Shown: one piece after another, positions 15,650-27,025 of the stretch
How the letters are laid out: every line of letters begins with the position of its first letter
Numbering within the stretch: position 1 is the first letter of the stretch
DNA from: Gemmatimonadota bacterium
GTDB taxonomy: Bacteria > Gemmatimonadota > Gemmatimonadetes > JACCXV01 > JAHWKZ01
Length of the DNA stretch: 36,912 nt
Assembly: GCA_035698825.1 (NCBI GenBank)
Contig: DASSBK010000194.1
Location: forward strand, 1-36,912
Direction: 5' to 3'
The notes under the pieces: generated by a model
What the model saw: the letters and a program-made list of their open reading frames with translations, nothing else
What the model was told of the DNA's origin: nothing
The model's database searches: none
Program-made: the position numbers and the translations under genes

Positions 15650-17200
15650 CTATCGCTCGGCGGGCGCCGGTTCTTCCACGGTCGAGAGGGTTCCCACCGC
15701 GGGTCCATGGATCACATCGCCGCGCGGGGTGAACCGGGAGCCGTGGCACGGGCAGTCCCAGCTCGCCTCGACGGGATTCCAGGCCACGATGCAGCCCAGG
15801 TGAGGGCAGACGGCGGAGCGCTCGTGCGCGCTGCCGTCCTCGGACCGATAGACCGCGATCTTGGAGAGTCCCCTCCGCACGACGGCGCCCGTACCCGGCG
15901 GGATCTCCGACGGATCGCCCGCTTCGCCCGGCGTGACCCATTCGGAGTAGCGGCCGGCCACGTTCAGGTTCTCGCGTAGGAATTGCGGCGTGGCCTGGGA
16001 CGTGACCCGTTCGGGGTCGTAGAGCTCGGCCCACGGGTTCTGCCGCCCCGCGATCCCGTCGGCGACGATTCCGGCGCCGATCGTCGCGTGGGTCATGCCG
16101 TGGCCGGAATCCCCCGTGATGACGTAGACGTTTCGCTCGCCCGGGCTGCGCCCGAGGAACGCGAGGCCGTCGACCGGCTCCATGACCTGGCCCGACCAGC
16201 GGAACGCGATCGCACCGAGCTCGGGGATCCGCGTGCGCGCCCACGCCTCCAGCCGGTCGAAGCGTGGAGCCGGATCGTCGTCCTGGCCCGTCTTGTGGTC
16301 CTCGCCGCCCACGATCACGATGTCGGCGCCGTCCTCGGCGGGGTCCGGCGCGAGCCGCACGTAGTGGTACGGGTCGCTCGTGTCCCAGTAGAGCGCCCCG
16401 TGGACCGACCCGCGGCGGACGCGCGCGCCCAGCGCATACGACCGGTAGGCGGCCTGCTTCGTGTGGAGCGCGATCCGCGTCGTGATCGGGGAGTTGGTGG
16501 CGCAGACCGCCGCGAAGGCGTCCACGTGCCACCCGTCCGCCGTGGTCACGCGGACACCCTCCTCGAGGCCCTCGACGTCGACCACGCGGGTCCCGCCGAA
16601 GAGCTTCCCACCCGCGCGCTCGATCGCCGCCGCGAGCCCCTCCACGTACCGGAGAGGATGGAACTGTGCCTGACGGGGGAACCGCAGACAGGGCCCGGTG
16701 CGCAGTCCCTTGCCTCTGGTGCGGGAGAGCCGGCGGGCCCCGGAGAGCCCGAGCCGGTGGGCGGCGTCCAGGATCTCCTCCAGAGCGTCCTCGTCCGCTT
16801 CCGGGGACGCGAAGAGGTAGCCATCCAGCCGCTCGAACCCGCACGCGATCCCTTCGGCCTCGACGATCTCCTCGATGCGGGCGATCGCGGCGGAATGGCT
16901 CGAGACGGCGAGCCGGGCGCGTTCCTCGCCGTGCATCGCTATCAGCTCGGGGAGGCCCTCGTCGAGGACGTCGCTCAGGTGCGCGGTCGTGCGGGAGGTC
17001 TCCTGGCCGCCGATCCGGTCGAGGTCGAGGACGGTGACGGAGCGGCCCTCGCGCGTGAGCAGGTACGCAGTGGTGAGCCCGGCGATCCCGGCCCCGATCA
17101 CGCAGACATCGGCTTTCCGATTCGCGGAGAGGGCGGGCCGGCCGCCGGATTCGCGGTCGCCTACCATCCAGATCGAGCGGGTGGGCCCTCGGGCAGTCAT
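15650..17200 (-). CDS. FAD-dependent oxidoreductase fused to a C-terminal Rieske [2Fe-2S] domain
   Basis: The N-terminus has the dinucleotide fold DVCVIGAGIAGLTTAYLL. The C-terminus has the Rieske motifs CPHLGC...CPCHGS. I chose the ATG at 17200 (516 aa). Confidence 0.88.
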   Translation of the reverse strand: MTARGPTRSIWMVGDRESGGRPALSANRKADVCVIGAGIAGLTTAYLLTREGRSVTVLDLDRIGGQETSRTTAHLSDVLDEGLPELIAMHGEERARLAVSSHSAAIARIEEIVEAEGIACGFERLDGYLFASPEADEDALEEILDAAHRLGLSGARRLSRTRGKGLRTGPCLRFPRQAQFHPLRYVEGLAAAIERAGGKLFGGTRVVDVEGLEEGVRVTTADGWHVDAFAAVCATNSPITTRIALHTKQAAYRSYALGARVRRGSVHGALYWDTSDPYHYVRLAPDPAEDGADIVIVGGEDHKTGQDDDPAPRFDRLEAWARTRIPELGAIAFRWSGQVMEPVDGLAFLGRSPGERNVYVITGDSGHGMTHATIGAGIVADGIAGRQNPWAELYDPERVTSQATPQFLRENLNVAGRYSEWVTPGEAGDPSEIPPGTGAVVRRGLSKIAVYRSEDGSAHERSAVCPHLGCIVAWNPVEASWDCPCHGSRFTPRGDVIHGPAVGTLSTVEEPAPAER

Positions 17201-17296
17201 TCGAGCAGGATGACCTTCGGCCCTGGAGGCCGCAGTCAGTTGGGTTACAGTCGCGCGTGACGGTCCGCGTTCAACCAGCCGCACGGGCGGCGGCGC

Positions 17297-18112
17297 CTAG
17301 TTCTCCAGCTCGCTCAGTTCCTTGGATCGGGCCGTCGCGGTGGCGACCGCGTTGATCAGCATCGTGCGCAGGCCGTGGGACTCGAGCTCGGCGACGGCCG
17401 CGATGGCCGTCCCGCCCGGTGTCGTCACCTCGTCGCGCAGGATCGCGGGATGCTTTCCCGACTCCAGGACCAGCTTGGCCGCGCCGTAGATCGTCTGGGC
17501 CGCGAGGCGGAACGCGATCGGCCGGGGAATCCCCTGCTTGACGCCCGCGTCGGTCAGCGCCTCCACGAACATGTAGACGTAGGCGGGTCCGCTCCCCGAC
17601 AACCCTGTCACCGCGTCCATCAGGTATTCCGGAACCTCCTCGACCGTTCCTACCGCCTCGAAGATCGAACGCGCGAGGTCCATGTGGTGGGGCGTGGCGA
17701 AGCGCCCGCCCGCGATCGCCGACGCGCCCTGATCGACGATCATGGGCGTGTTGGGCATCGCCCGGACCACTGCAACGTCCTGGCTCAGTGCCGTATGCAG
17801 GAACTCCGTCGTCACGCCGGCCAGCACGGAGATGACCATCGCCTGCGCGGGGACGAGGCCGCGGATCTCCGACAGGACGGTGCCCGCGTTCTGGGGCTTC
17901 ACCGCCAGGATGACGATGCTGGCGTCCGACACGGCCGCGGCGTTGTCGCTGCCGGTCGTGATGTCGCGGAACTGCTCGCGCAGAGGCTCGAGGTTCCGCC
18001 GGGTGGCGTGGATCCGGGAGGGATCGACGTCGTGACCGCGCAGGAGCCCGCCGATGAGCGCGCGGCCGATGTTGCCCGCGCCGATGATCGCGATGGAGTG
18101 GTCGGAGAGCAC
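17297..18112 (-). CDS. proC: Pyrroline-5-carboxylate reductase
   Basis: Motifs: IAIIGAGNIGRALIGGLL, and the C-terminal TPGGTAIAAVAELESHGLR. I chose the GTG at 18112 from family architecture. The maximal ORF starts at the TTG at 18178, which overlaps the upstream stop (TTGA). Confidence 0.9.
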   Translation of the reverse strand: MLSDHSIAIIGAGNIGRALIGGLLRGHDVDPSRIHATRRNLEPLREQFRDITTGSDNAAAVSDASIVILAVKPQNAGTVLSEIRGLVPAQAMVISVLAGVTTEFLHTALSQDVAVVRAMPNTPMIVDQGASAIAGGRFATPHHMDLARSIFEAVGTVEEVPEYLMDAVTGLSGSGPAYVYMFVEALTDAGVKQGIPRPIAFRLAAQTIYGAAKLVLESGKHPAILRDEVTTPGGTAIAAVAELESHGLRTMLINAVATATARSKELSELEN

Positions 18113-18174
18113 GTCAGGTCCGGATCTGTTCGCCGGGCTCACGCTGCGAGACGACCCGCCTCGCCGCGCCGACG

Positions 18175-18618
18175 TCAATCATGACGCGGCAGCTTGACGC
18201 ACTGGAACCAGAACGTCTCGATCTCGCGGACGACCTTCTCGAACTGTTCGAAGTCGACCGGCTTGGCGATGTAACAGTTGGCATGGTCCTCGTAGCAGAG
18301 GTTGATGTCCGCCTCGGCGGTGGACGTCGTGAGGATGATGACCGGGATTCCCTTGAGCTCGGGGTCTTCCTTGATCTCCCTGAGGACCTTGTGGCCGTGC
18401 TTGCGGGGAAGGTTCAGGTCGAGGAGTACCAGGTCCGGCCGCGGGGCAGCCGCATAGGGGCCTTCCTGGCGCAGGAACGCCATGGCCTGGACCCCATCCT
18501 CGACGACGTGGATCTGGGTCTCGGCGCTGCTCCGCCGGAACGCCACCTGGGTCAGGTAGACGTCGGACGGGTTGTCCTCGACGAGGAGGACGTCGCCTGG
18601 TCGGGAGCTGATCGCCAC
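18175..18618 (-). CDS. Stand-alone response regulator receiver domain (CheY/Rcp-like)
   Basis: Motifs: LLVEDNPSD, the phospho-acceptor context DLVLLDLNLP, ILTTS and YIAKP. There is no output domain. GTG start at 18618. Confidence 0.9.
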   Translation of the reverse strand: MAISSRPGDVLLVEDNPSDVYLTQVAFRRSSAETQIHVVEDGVQAMAFLRQEGPYAAAPRPDLVLLDLNLPRKHGHKVLREIKEDPELKGIPVIILTTSTAEADINLCYEDHANCYIAKPVDFEQFEKVVREIETFWFQCVKLPRHD

Positions 18619-18762
18619 GGAAAGGAAAGAATACGTACTCCGGAGCGTTTCGTGTAGTAGTTTCGGATACAGATGGGCGGCCGGGACCCTTTTTTACGGG
18701 ATTTCGGCCCTTTTGTTGCATAGCTTCTGCCGCCGCAGGGGGACACCCAACGAAAGGGCGCC
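18619..18762. promoter_or_regulatory. Divergent intergenic region (receiver gene <-> ppsA), relatively AT-rich
   Basis: 144 nt lie between divergently oriented starts. T-runs (cccttttttacggg, cccttttgttgcat) are unusual for this DNA. Promoters are inferred from gene orientation and I could not call precise -35/-10 elements. Confidence 0.35.
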
Positions 18763-21161
<2,399 letters not shown>

Positions 21162-21165
<4 letters not shown>

Positions 21166-22127
21166 GCGAGCTCGCGATCGGGTACGAGGACGTCCTGGCC
21201 GCGAGCCGGAGCGTCCGGCCGCACATCCATCGCACCCCCGTCATGACGTCGCGGCTGGTCGACGAGGCCGCGGGGATCCGTCTCTTCTTCAAGTGCGAGA
21301 ACCTTCAGCGCGCGGGTGCGTTCAAGGCGCGCGGCGCGTTCAACAAGCTCCTCTCGTTGAGCCAAAAAGAGCGCGGTCGGGGCGTCGTCGCGTTCTCGAG
21401 CGGCAACCACGCGCAGGCCGTGGCGCTCGCAGCCGGCACGCTGGGCGTGGACGCCGTGATCGTGATGCCGTCGGACGCGCCGCGTTCGAAGCTCGAGGCG
21501 ACGCGGAACTACGGGGCGAAGGTGGTCGAGTACGATCGGCGGGCGGAGAATCGCGACCGGATTGCGCAGGAGATCGCTGAGAAGGAGGGTCGCGTGCTCG
21601 TCCCCCCGTACGACGATCCGTGGATCATGGCTGGTCAGGGCACCGCGGCGCTCGAGCTCCTGGAGGAGGTGCCGGACCTGGACGCGATCGTCACCCCGGT
21701 CGGGGGCGGGGGTCTGCTCGCGGGCACCGCGACCGCGCTCGAGGGCGCGGCGACGCGCGTGCTCGCCTTCGGAGCCGAGCCGGCAAGGGCGGACGACACC
21801 GCGCGGTCGCTGGAGGCCGGCGAGCGCGTGCGGATCGACCCTCCCGACACGATCGCCGATGGCGCGCGAGTGGAGATCCCCGGCGAGAAGACGTTTCCGG
21901 TGCTCATGGAGCTGGCCGAGGCGGTGGTTCGGGTCCCCGACGAGGCGCTCGTCCGCGCCATGCGGCTGATCCTCACCCGCATGAAGATCCTGGTCGAGCC
22001 GACCGGCGCGCTGGGTGCCGCGGCGGCGCTCGAGGGGTTGCTGCCCGACGACGTGGAGCGGGTGGGGGTGATTCTCTCGGGCGGGAACGTCGACCCCTCT
22101 ACCCTCGCCGAGCTCATCGGGAGCTGA
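21162..22127 (+). CDS. PLP-dependent threonine/serine dehydratase family enzyme (serine racemase / hydroxyaspartate ammonia-lyase-like)
   Basis: Motifs: FKCENLQRAGAFKARGA (PLP lysine), SSGNHAQAVA and PVGGGGLLAG. The TTG at 21162 overlaps the ppsA stop (TTGA). The 300 upstream codons of the track ORF are an off-frame shadow of ppsA. Confidence 0.88.
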
Positions 22128-22151
22128 AACCGGCCCCCTCCGCGGGGTTGC

Positions 22152-23318
22152 CTAGCGGCCTCCTTCGGCCGCCATCGGACGGGTGTCCTGGAACTCCACC
22201 GGCGTGCCCGGCCCTACCGCCCCCGCGAGCAGCACCGCGTTCCAGTTCGTGAGCCGCACGCAGCCGGAGGAGCTGGCATAGCCGATCGTCGCGGGATCGC
22301 GGGTGCCGTGGATCCCGTAATGAGGCTCCGACAGCTTGATCCACACGTTGCCGACGAGGTTGTTGGGCCCGGGAGGCAGATGCGTGTCGGGCTGCGTGTC
22401 GTCGACTCCGGCCAGGAGCCGCGGCTGGTAGTGGAACCACGGGTCCAGGTGCACGCCGACCACCGACAGCTCGCCGAGAGGGGAAGGGTCGTACTGCGAT
22501 CCGAGCGTCGTCGGGAAGTGGTAGAGGACGCGGCCGTCGGCGTCGAGCGCGTGGACGTAGGACCCGAGCCCCGAGACCAAGACCCGTTCGACCGGCCTGC
22601 CGGGTGCAGGCCCGCCCTCGACGGCGGGGACCGTGACGGCGTCCCCGGCGGCGAGGGCGTTCAGGTCGAGGCCTGGATTCAGTTCCTCGAGGACCTCGGT
22701 GGACGTGTGGAATCGCTCGGAGAGCTCTTCGGCGAGCGACTCGTAGCAGAGACACTCGAGCTCCGCCTGCCGGTACACACTCCCCGGGAGCGCCACGAAG
22801 GGCCCCGACACGTCGTCCTCGTCGAGGACGTGACGCACCAACGTGTCGTCGGGCTCCCCGGCCGCGACCCGCAGGAGCTCGAACGTCAGGGAATCCACGG
22901 CGCCGGTCGGCTCCAGTCCCTCGGAGACCTGGAACCACCACACCGCCTTCTCGGTGTTCTTGCCCCACCGCCCATCGATGACACCCGGGAAGAACCGCGC
23001 GCGGTCGAGCAGCGTCTGGACGCGGAGCACCTCGCGGGGGTCGCGCCGCCGGCCCATCTCCAGCCATTCGGCGGGGATCACGATCGTGTCGAGCGGGAAC
23101 TCGCGCGGGGCGGGAGGCCGCCCGAGCTTGACCGCCTCGCGCCACGAGTCGTCCATGCGGCCGGCCTCGAGCTCCGCCTCCGTCAACGTGTCCGCCGGGT
23201 TCCAGGCGACCTCGGCGCTCTCGGCGTCGGGCGGCGGCTCGCGCGGGCTCTCGGGTCCGCACGCCGCGGAGAGCGCGAGGAGCATCGCGGCTTTGGACAG
23301 GTGGCGATGGCCGGGCAT
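22152..23318 (-). CDS. L,D-transpeptidase (YkuD) with a PG_binding_1-like domain, putative lipoprotein
   Basis: The signal peptide is MPGHRHLSKAAMLLALSAAC. The PG-binding motif is VQTLLDRARFFPGVIDGRWGKNTEKAVWWFQ. The catalytic motif is YGIHGT...SSGCVRLTN. Confidence 0.9.
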   Translation of the reverse strand: MPGHRHLSKAAMLLALSAACGPESPREPPPDAESAEVAWNPADTLTEAELEAGRMDDSWREAVKLGRPPAPREFPLDTIVIPAEWLEMGRRRDPREVLRVQTLLDRARFFPGVIDGRWGKNTEKAVWWFQVSEGLEPTGAVDSLTFELLRVAAGEPDDTLVRHVLDEDDVSGPFVALPGSVYRQAELECLCYESLAEELSERFHTSTEVLEELNPGLDLNALAAGDAVTVPAVEGGPAPGRPVERVLVSGLGSYVHALDADGRVLYHFPTTLGSQYDPSPLGELSVVGVHLDPWFHYQPRLLAGVDDTQPDTHLPPGPNNLVGNVWIKLSEPHYGIHGTRDPATIGYASSSGCVRLTNWNAVLLAGAVGPGTPVEFQDTRPMAAEGGR

Positions 23319-23330
23319 GAGGCCCGGAAT

Positions 23331-24734
23331 CTAGCGGCGCGCGGCTACTCCGTCCGCAGTGGCGAGGCGGGGAATGCTACGCGCGTCCGCGACCGGCGTC
23401 TCCTCCGCCCCGATGTCGCGGAAGACGACCGGAACGCCCTCCCGCACGCGTTCGGCGAGGAAGCGCGCGTCCCAGTTCGTCAGCCGCACGCAACCGTGCG
23501 AGGTCGCGTACCCGATCGTGGCGGGCTCGGCCGTTCCGTGGATTCCGTAGTTGTCCTTCGACAGGGCGATCCAGACGACCCCAACCGGACTGTTCGGCCC
23601 CGGCCTCAGGCGCTCGTCCTCCTCGGTGTCGGGCACCTCGTCGAAGAGCGTGGGCTGCCAGTGGAACCACGGATCGAAGGCGATCGACGCGATGTGGAAC
23701 TCCCCGGTGGGCGACGGCTGGTACTTCGACCCGACGGTGGTCGGGAAGTGGTAGAGGAGCCGCCCCTGGTCGTCGAGCGCATGGAGGTAGAAGCCGTCGA
23801 TCGAAACCACGATCCGGGCGACCTCGCCGCCGGGGGACATCCGGCTCCCGCCGCCCGCGGTGTCGATCGCGGCGCCCCGCTCGACGGAAGCGATCGCGGG
23901 CGGCTCGTCGGTCTCGACGTTGGGAACGCGGAGCGAGTCGCCCGCCGCCAGCGAGTCGAGCGCGCGGCCGGCGTTCAGCGATTCCAGGAGCTCGGGCGCC
24001 GCGTGGTACCGCTCGGCGACCTTCTCGAGCGGCGATCCGTAGCACATGCACTCGAGCTCCGCCTGGGCGTGGATGTCCGCGGGGATCTGGACGAACGGGC
24101 CGGAGACGTCCTCGTCGGTCAGCCGGACGGTCCGGATGTATTCGTCGGGCCGGCCGGCCACGTCGACCAGCCGGACGAACGTCAGCGAGTCGACCTCGCC
24201 GGTCGGCTCCAGCCCGGAGGTGCGCTGCAGCCAGTAGACGGCCTGGCGCGTGTTCTTGCCCCACTTGCCGTCCAGGATCCCGGGAGAGAACGGCGAGCGG
24301 TCGAGCAGCACCTGGACGTACAGAACCGAAGGCCCCTGCGCCTCCCCGGAGACCGGCAGCCTGACCGCCGGCAGGGCGGAGTCGGGGGCGGCGGGGGACA
24401 GGCGCTCGAAATCGGCATAGGTCTCGGGGAACGATTCGACGACCTCGAATCGCGGCGGCGTGAGAGGCTCGACCGCGACGGTGTCGAGCCCCGCGAGCCG
24501 GAGGTCGCTGGTGTCGGAGGAGACGACCCCCAGCCACGTCGAGTCGTGACGCCCCAGCTCGATGTCCTCGAGCGAGAGCGGCGGCTCGTTGTTCCAGTAC
24601 GCGCTCGCCTCGCCGGACTCGCCGCCCCCTTCGCCGACCGGGATGACCGGCTCCTCCGTCTCCCGGCCGTTCGTGCACGCGAAGAAGATCGCGATGATCG
24701 CCGCCACCGCGGCGCGGATCCAGATCGCTCGCAT
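23331..24734 (-). CDS. L,D-transpeptidase (YkuD) with a PG_binding_1-like domain, putative lipoprotein (paralog)
   Basis: The ATG at 24734 is preceded by ggagga with a 6-nt spacer. The N-terminus is MRAIWIRAAVAAIIAIFFAC. Motifs: VQVLLDRSPFSPGILDGKWGKNTRQAVYWLQ and YGIHGT...SHGCVRLTN. Confidence 0.9.
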   Translation of the reverse strand: MRAIWIRAAVAAIIAIFFACTNGRETEEPVIPVGEGGGESGEASAYWNNEPPLSLEDIELGRHDSTWLGVVSSDTSDLRLAGLDTVAVEPLTPPRFEVVESFPETYADFERLSPAAPDSALPAVRLPVSGEAQGPSVLYVQVLLDRSPFSPGILDGKWGKNTRQAVYWLQRTSGLEPTGEVDSLTFVRLVDVAGRPDEYIRTVRLTDEDVSGPFVQIPADIHAQAELECMCYGSPLEKVAERYHAAPELLESLNAGRALDSLAAGDSLRVPNVETDEPPAIASVERGAAIDTAGGGSRMSPGGEVARIVVSIDGFYLHALDDQGRLLYHFPTTVGSKYQPSPTGEFHIASIAFDPWFHWQPTLFDEVPDTEEDERLRPGPNSPVGVVWIALSKDNYGIHGTAEPATIGYATSHGCVRLTNWDARFLAERVREGVPVVFRDIGAEETPVADARSIPRLATADGVAARR

Positions 24735-24999
24735 CGACATTCCTCCCCGTCCAGCGTTTTCGGGCGGGGATCGAGCGATCCGCCGGCCCACCGTCACCCG
24801 ACCCGAGTATCGGGGAGCCGGAGCGCGGCGACCGTAAGGGCCCTTACCCGCGGGCGGAGAAAATCAGCGCGCGCGGATCCGGAAGATCTTCTGGGACCGG
24901 GCGGGGGATGAGCCGTAGGCCCCCCACACCTCGCCGGTGCGGGGGTCGATGGACTGACGCTCGCGTCCGAAACGTCGTTCCACTATCCTGTCGCCCCCC

Positions 25000-27009
25000 A
25001 TGACGCTTCCGTTCCGATACATCGCGGCCCGGACCGGGCGGATCGCCGTCCGGCTGGCGGCTGCCGCGCTTGCGGTGATCGCGCTGGCCGCTCCCCTCCA
25101 CGCCCAGGCGAGCCTCGCGCAGCCTCGCGGACTCCGGCCCTCCGACGGGCTCCTCTCGCGCCCCGATCTCCAGCGGCTGGTCGATGCGCAGACCGCGCGC
25201 GACGGGGAGACACTCGTCGCCGCCCTGTCGGATTCCGATCCCGTGGTTCGCGCTCGCGCGGCCTTCGCGCTCGCGTCGGTGCAGGACACGACGGCCGTGC
25301 CCGCGCTGGTCCTGGCCCTGGCCGATCCCGAGGCCGCCGTCCGCGCCGACGCGGCGTTCGCGATCGGCCTCACCGCGGACTCGACCGCTGAGGACGCGCT
25401 CCTGGACGCGCTCGACGGGGAGAGCGACGCCGCGGTGCGCGCCGAACTGTTCGAGGCGCTGGGGCGGACCGGCGGGAGCGCATCGCTAGCCGCGCTCGCC
25501 GCCATGAGCGCCGACGGCGACGAGCGCGCGCTCCTCGCGCTGGCCATCGGCCGCTACGGGGCGCGCGGAATCCACGACCCTCGAGCCGTTGTGCGCCTGT
25601 CGACCCTGGCGGCCGACCCCGATCCCCTGGTCGCCGCCGATGCCGCTTGGTACTTCGCCCGCGCGGACACCGCGGCCTGGAGCTCCGGCGTACCCGATCT
25701 CCGGCGCGTTCTCGACGGCCTCGATCCGAAGGGCGACGACGCCCAGGCCGCGATCCATCTCCTGCTCGCGCTCGGCCGCCTGGACCGGCCGGAGGACAGG
25801 GACCGGCTCGCGGCATGGCTGGAGGGCGCCGCCGACTGGCGGGCGCGGGTCGCCGCTGCACGCGCGCTGACGGGTTTCACCCGCGACTCGATCGTAACCG
25901 GCAAGCTCATGCGGGCGCTGGACGATCCACGCATCCACGTGGCCATCGAGGCCGCTCGCACGCTGTCGGCGGAGGATTCGCTCGACCCGGACGTGGAGAC
26001 CGAGATGGGGCGGCGCGTCATGACGCGCCCCCACCCGTGGCAGGTCTCGGTCGAGCTCCTCCCCGCCGTGGCGAAGGCCGGCCACTCGCGGCTCATTCTC
26101 CTCTGGCTCCTGTGGCTGGACGGCAACCCTCCGCGCGACGTGACCGCCTACGCCGCCGGGCTGCGCTCGCTGGGGTGGGGAGACGGACGCGAGGCGTACC
26201 TCGTACTCCAGCACGCCGCCACCCGGCCGGAGCCCCGCATCAGCGCTGCGGCGCTGGAGGCGCTCGCCCAGTGGTGGACGCGCGGCGTTCGCACCGAAGA
26301 AGTCACTCCCGAGCGGTACTACGCGGTGTTCGACCGGGCACTCCGGTCCCGCGACGTCGCCGCCGTCGCCACGGTCGCTCCCGTGCTGGCCGACTCCGCG
26401 CTGGTGGCGATGGGCTCGGTGGCCCTCCTCCAGGAGGTGTACGCCGACCTCGAGGCACCCGCCGACGACGAGGCGATCGCCGCCGTGCGCGAGGCGCTCG
26501 AGGCGGCCGGCGCGTCCGTTCCGCCGGCTCCTTCGCCCGCGCCGGTCCGCGCGATCGACTGGGAGTACCTGGAGCGGCGTGGTCCGCGGCCATCGCTACG
26601 CCTCGAAACGGCCCGCGGGCCGATCGAGGTCGAGCTCGACGCGGAGGCGGCCCCGCAGACGGTCGAGACCGTCCTCAAGCTCGCCGAGGACGGCCGGTAC
26701 GACGGCGTGGAGTTCCATCGAGTGGTGCCCGGCTTCGTCATCCAGGGAGGCGACGTCGGTCGGGGCGACGGCTGGGGGGGACCGGGCTTTGCGATCCGCA
26801 GCGAGCTGACGAGGATCCCCTACGTTCGCGGCACGCTGGGGATGGCGAGCGCCGGAAAGGACACCGAGGGGTCGCAGTACTTCGTGACCCACGGCATGCA
26901 GCCGCACCTCGACGGCCGCTACACGGCGTTCGGTCGCGTGGTATCGGGGATGGAGGTGGTCGACGCGATCCTGGTCGGCGACCGCGTCCAGCGCGTGGTC
27001 GTTCCCTAG
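25000..27009 (+). CDS. Secreted HEAT-repeat protein fused to a C-terminal cyclophilin-type peptidyl-prolyl isomerase
   Basis: The signal peptide ends in ALAAPLHAQA. HEAT-like repeats are present (DPVVRARAAFALASV, DPEAAVRADAAFAIGL and others). The C-terminal 160 aa read FHRVVPGFVIQGGD...GTLGMASAGKDTEGSQYFVTH...LDGRYTAFGRVVSGMEVVD. Confidence 0.9.
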   Translation: MTLPFRYIAARTGRIAVRLAAAALAVIALAAPLHAQASLAQPRGLRPSDGLLSRPDLQRLVDAQTARDGETLVAALSDSDPVVRARAAFALASVQDTTAVPALVLALADPEAAVRADAAFAIGLTADSTAEDALLDALDGESDAAVRAELFEALGRTGGSASLAALAAMSADGDERALLALAIGRYGARGIHDPRAVVRLSTLAADPDPLVAADAAWYFARADTAAWSSGVPDLRRVLDGLDPKGDDAQAAIHLLLALGRLDRPEDRDRLAAWLEGAADWRARVAAARALTGFTRDSIVTGKLMRALDDPRIHVAIEAARTLSAEDSLDPDVETEMGRRVMTRPHPWQVSVELLPAVAKAGHSRLILLWLLWLDGNPPRDVTAYAAGLRSLGWGDGREAYLVLQHAATRPEPRISAAALEALAQWWTRGVRTEEVTPERYYAVFDRALRSRDVAAVATVAPVLADSALVAMGSVALLQEVYADLEAPADDEAIAAVREALEAAGASVPPAPSPAPVRAIDWEYLERRGPRPSLRLETARGPIEVELDAEAAPQTVETVLKLAEDGRYDGVEFHRVVPGFVIQGGDVGRGDGWGGPGFAIRSELTRIPYVRGTLGMASAGKDTEGSQYFVTHGMQPHLDGRYTAFGRVVSGMEVVDAILVGDRVQRVVVP

Positions 27010-27025
27010 CGAGCGAGCTCCAGCT

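Noticed and set aside
22308-24911. 867-aa +strand ORF spanning both L,D-transpeptidase genes
   Set aside because: It is antisense to two genes with clear catalytic and PG-binding motifs. Its translation is Arg/Gly/Pro/Asp-rich with no motifs, which is the typical high-GC shadow ORF.
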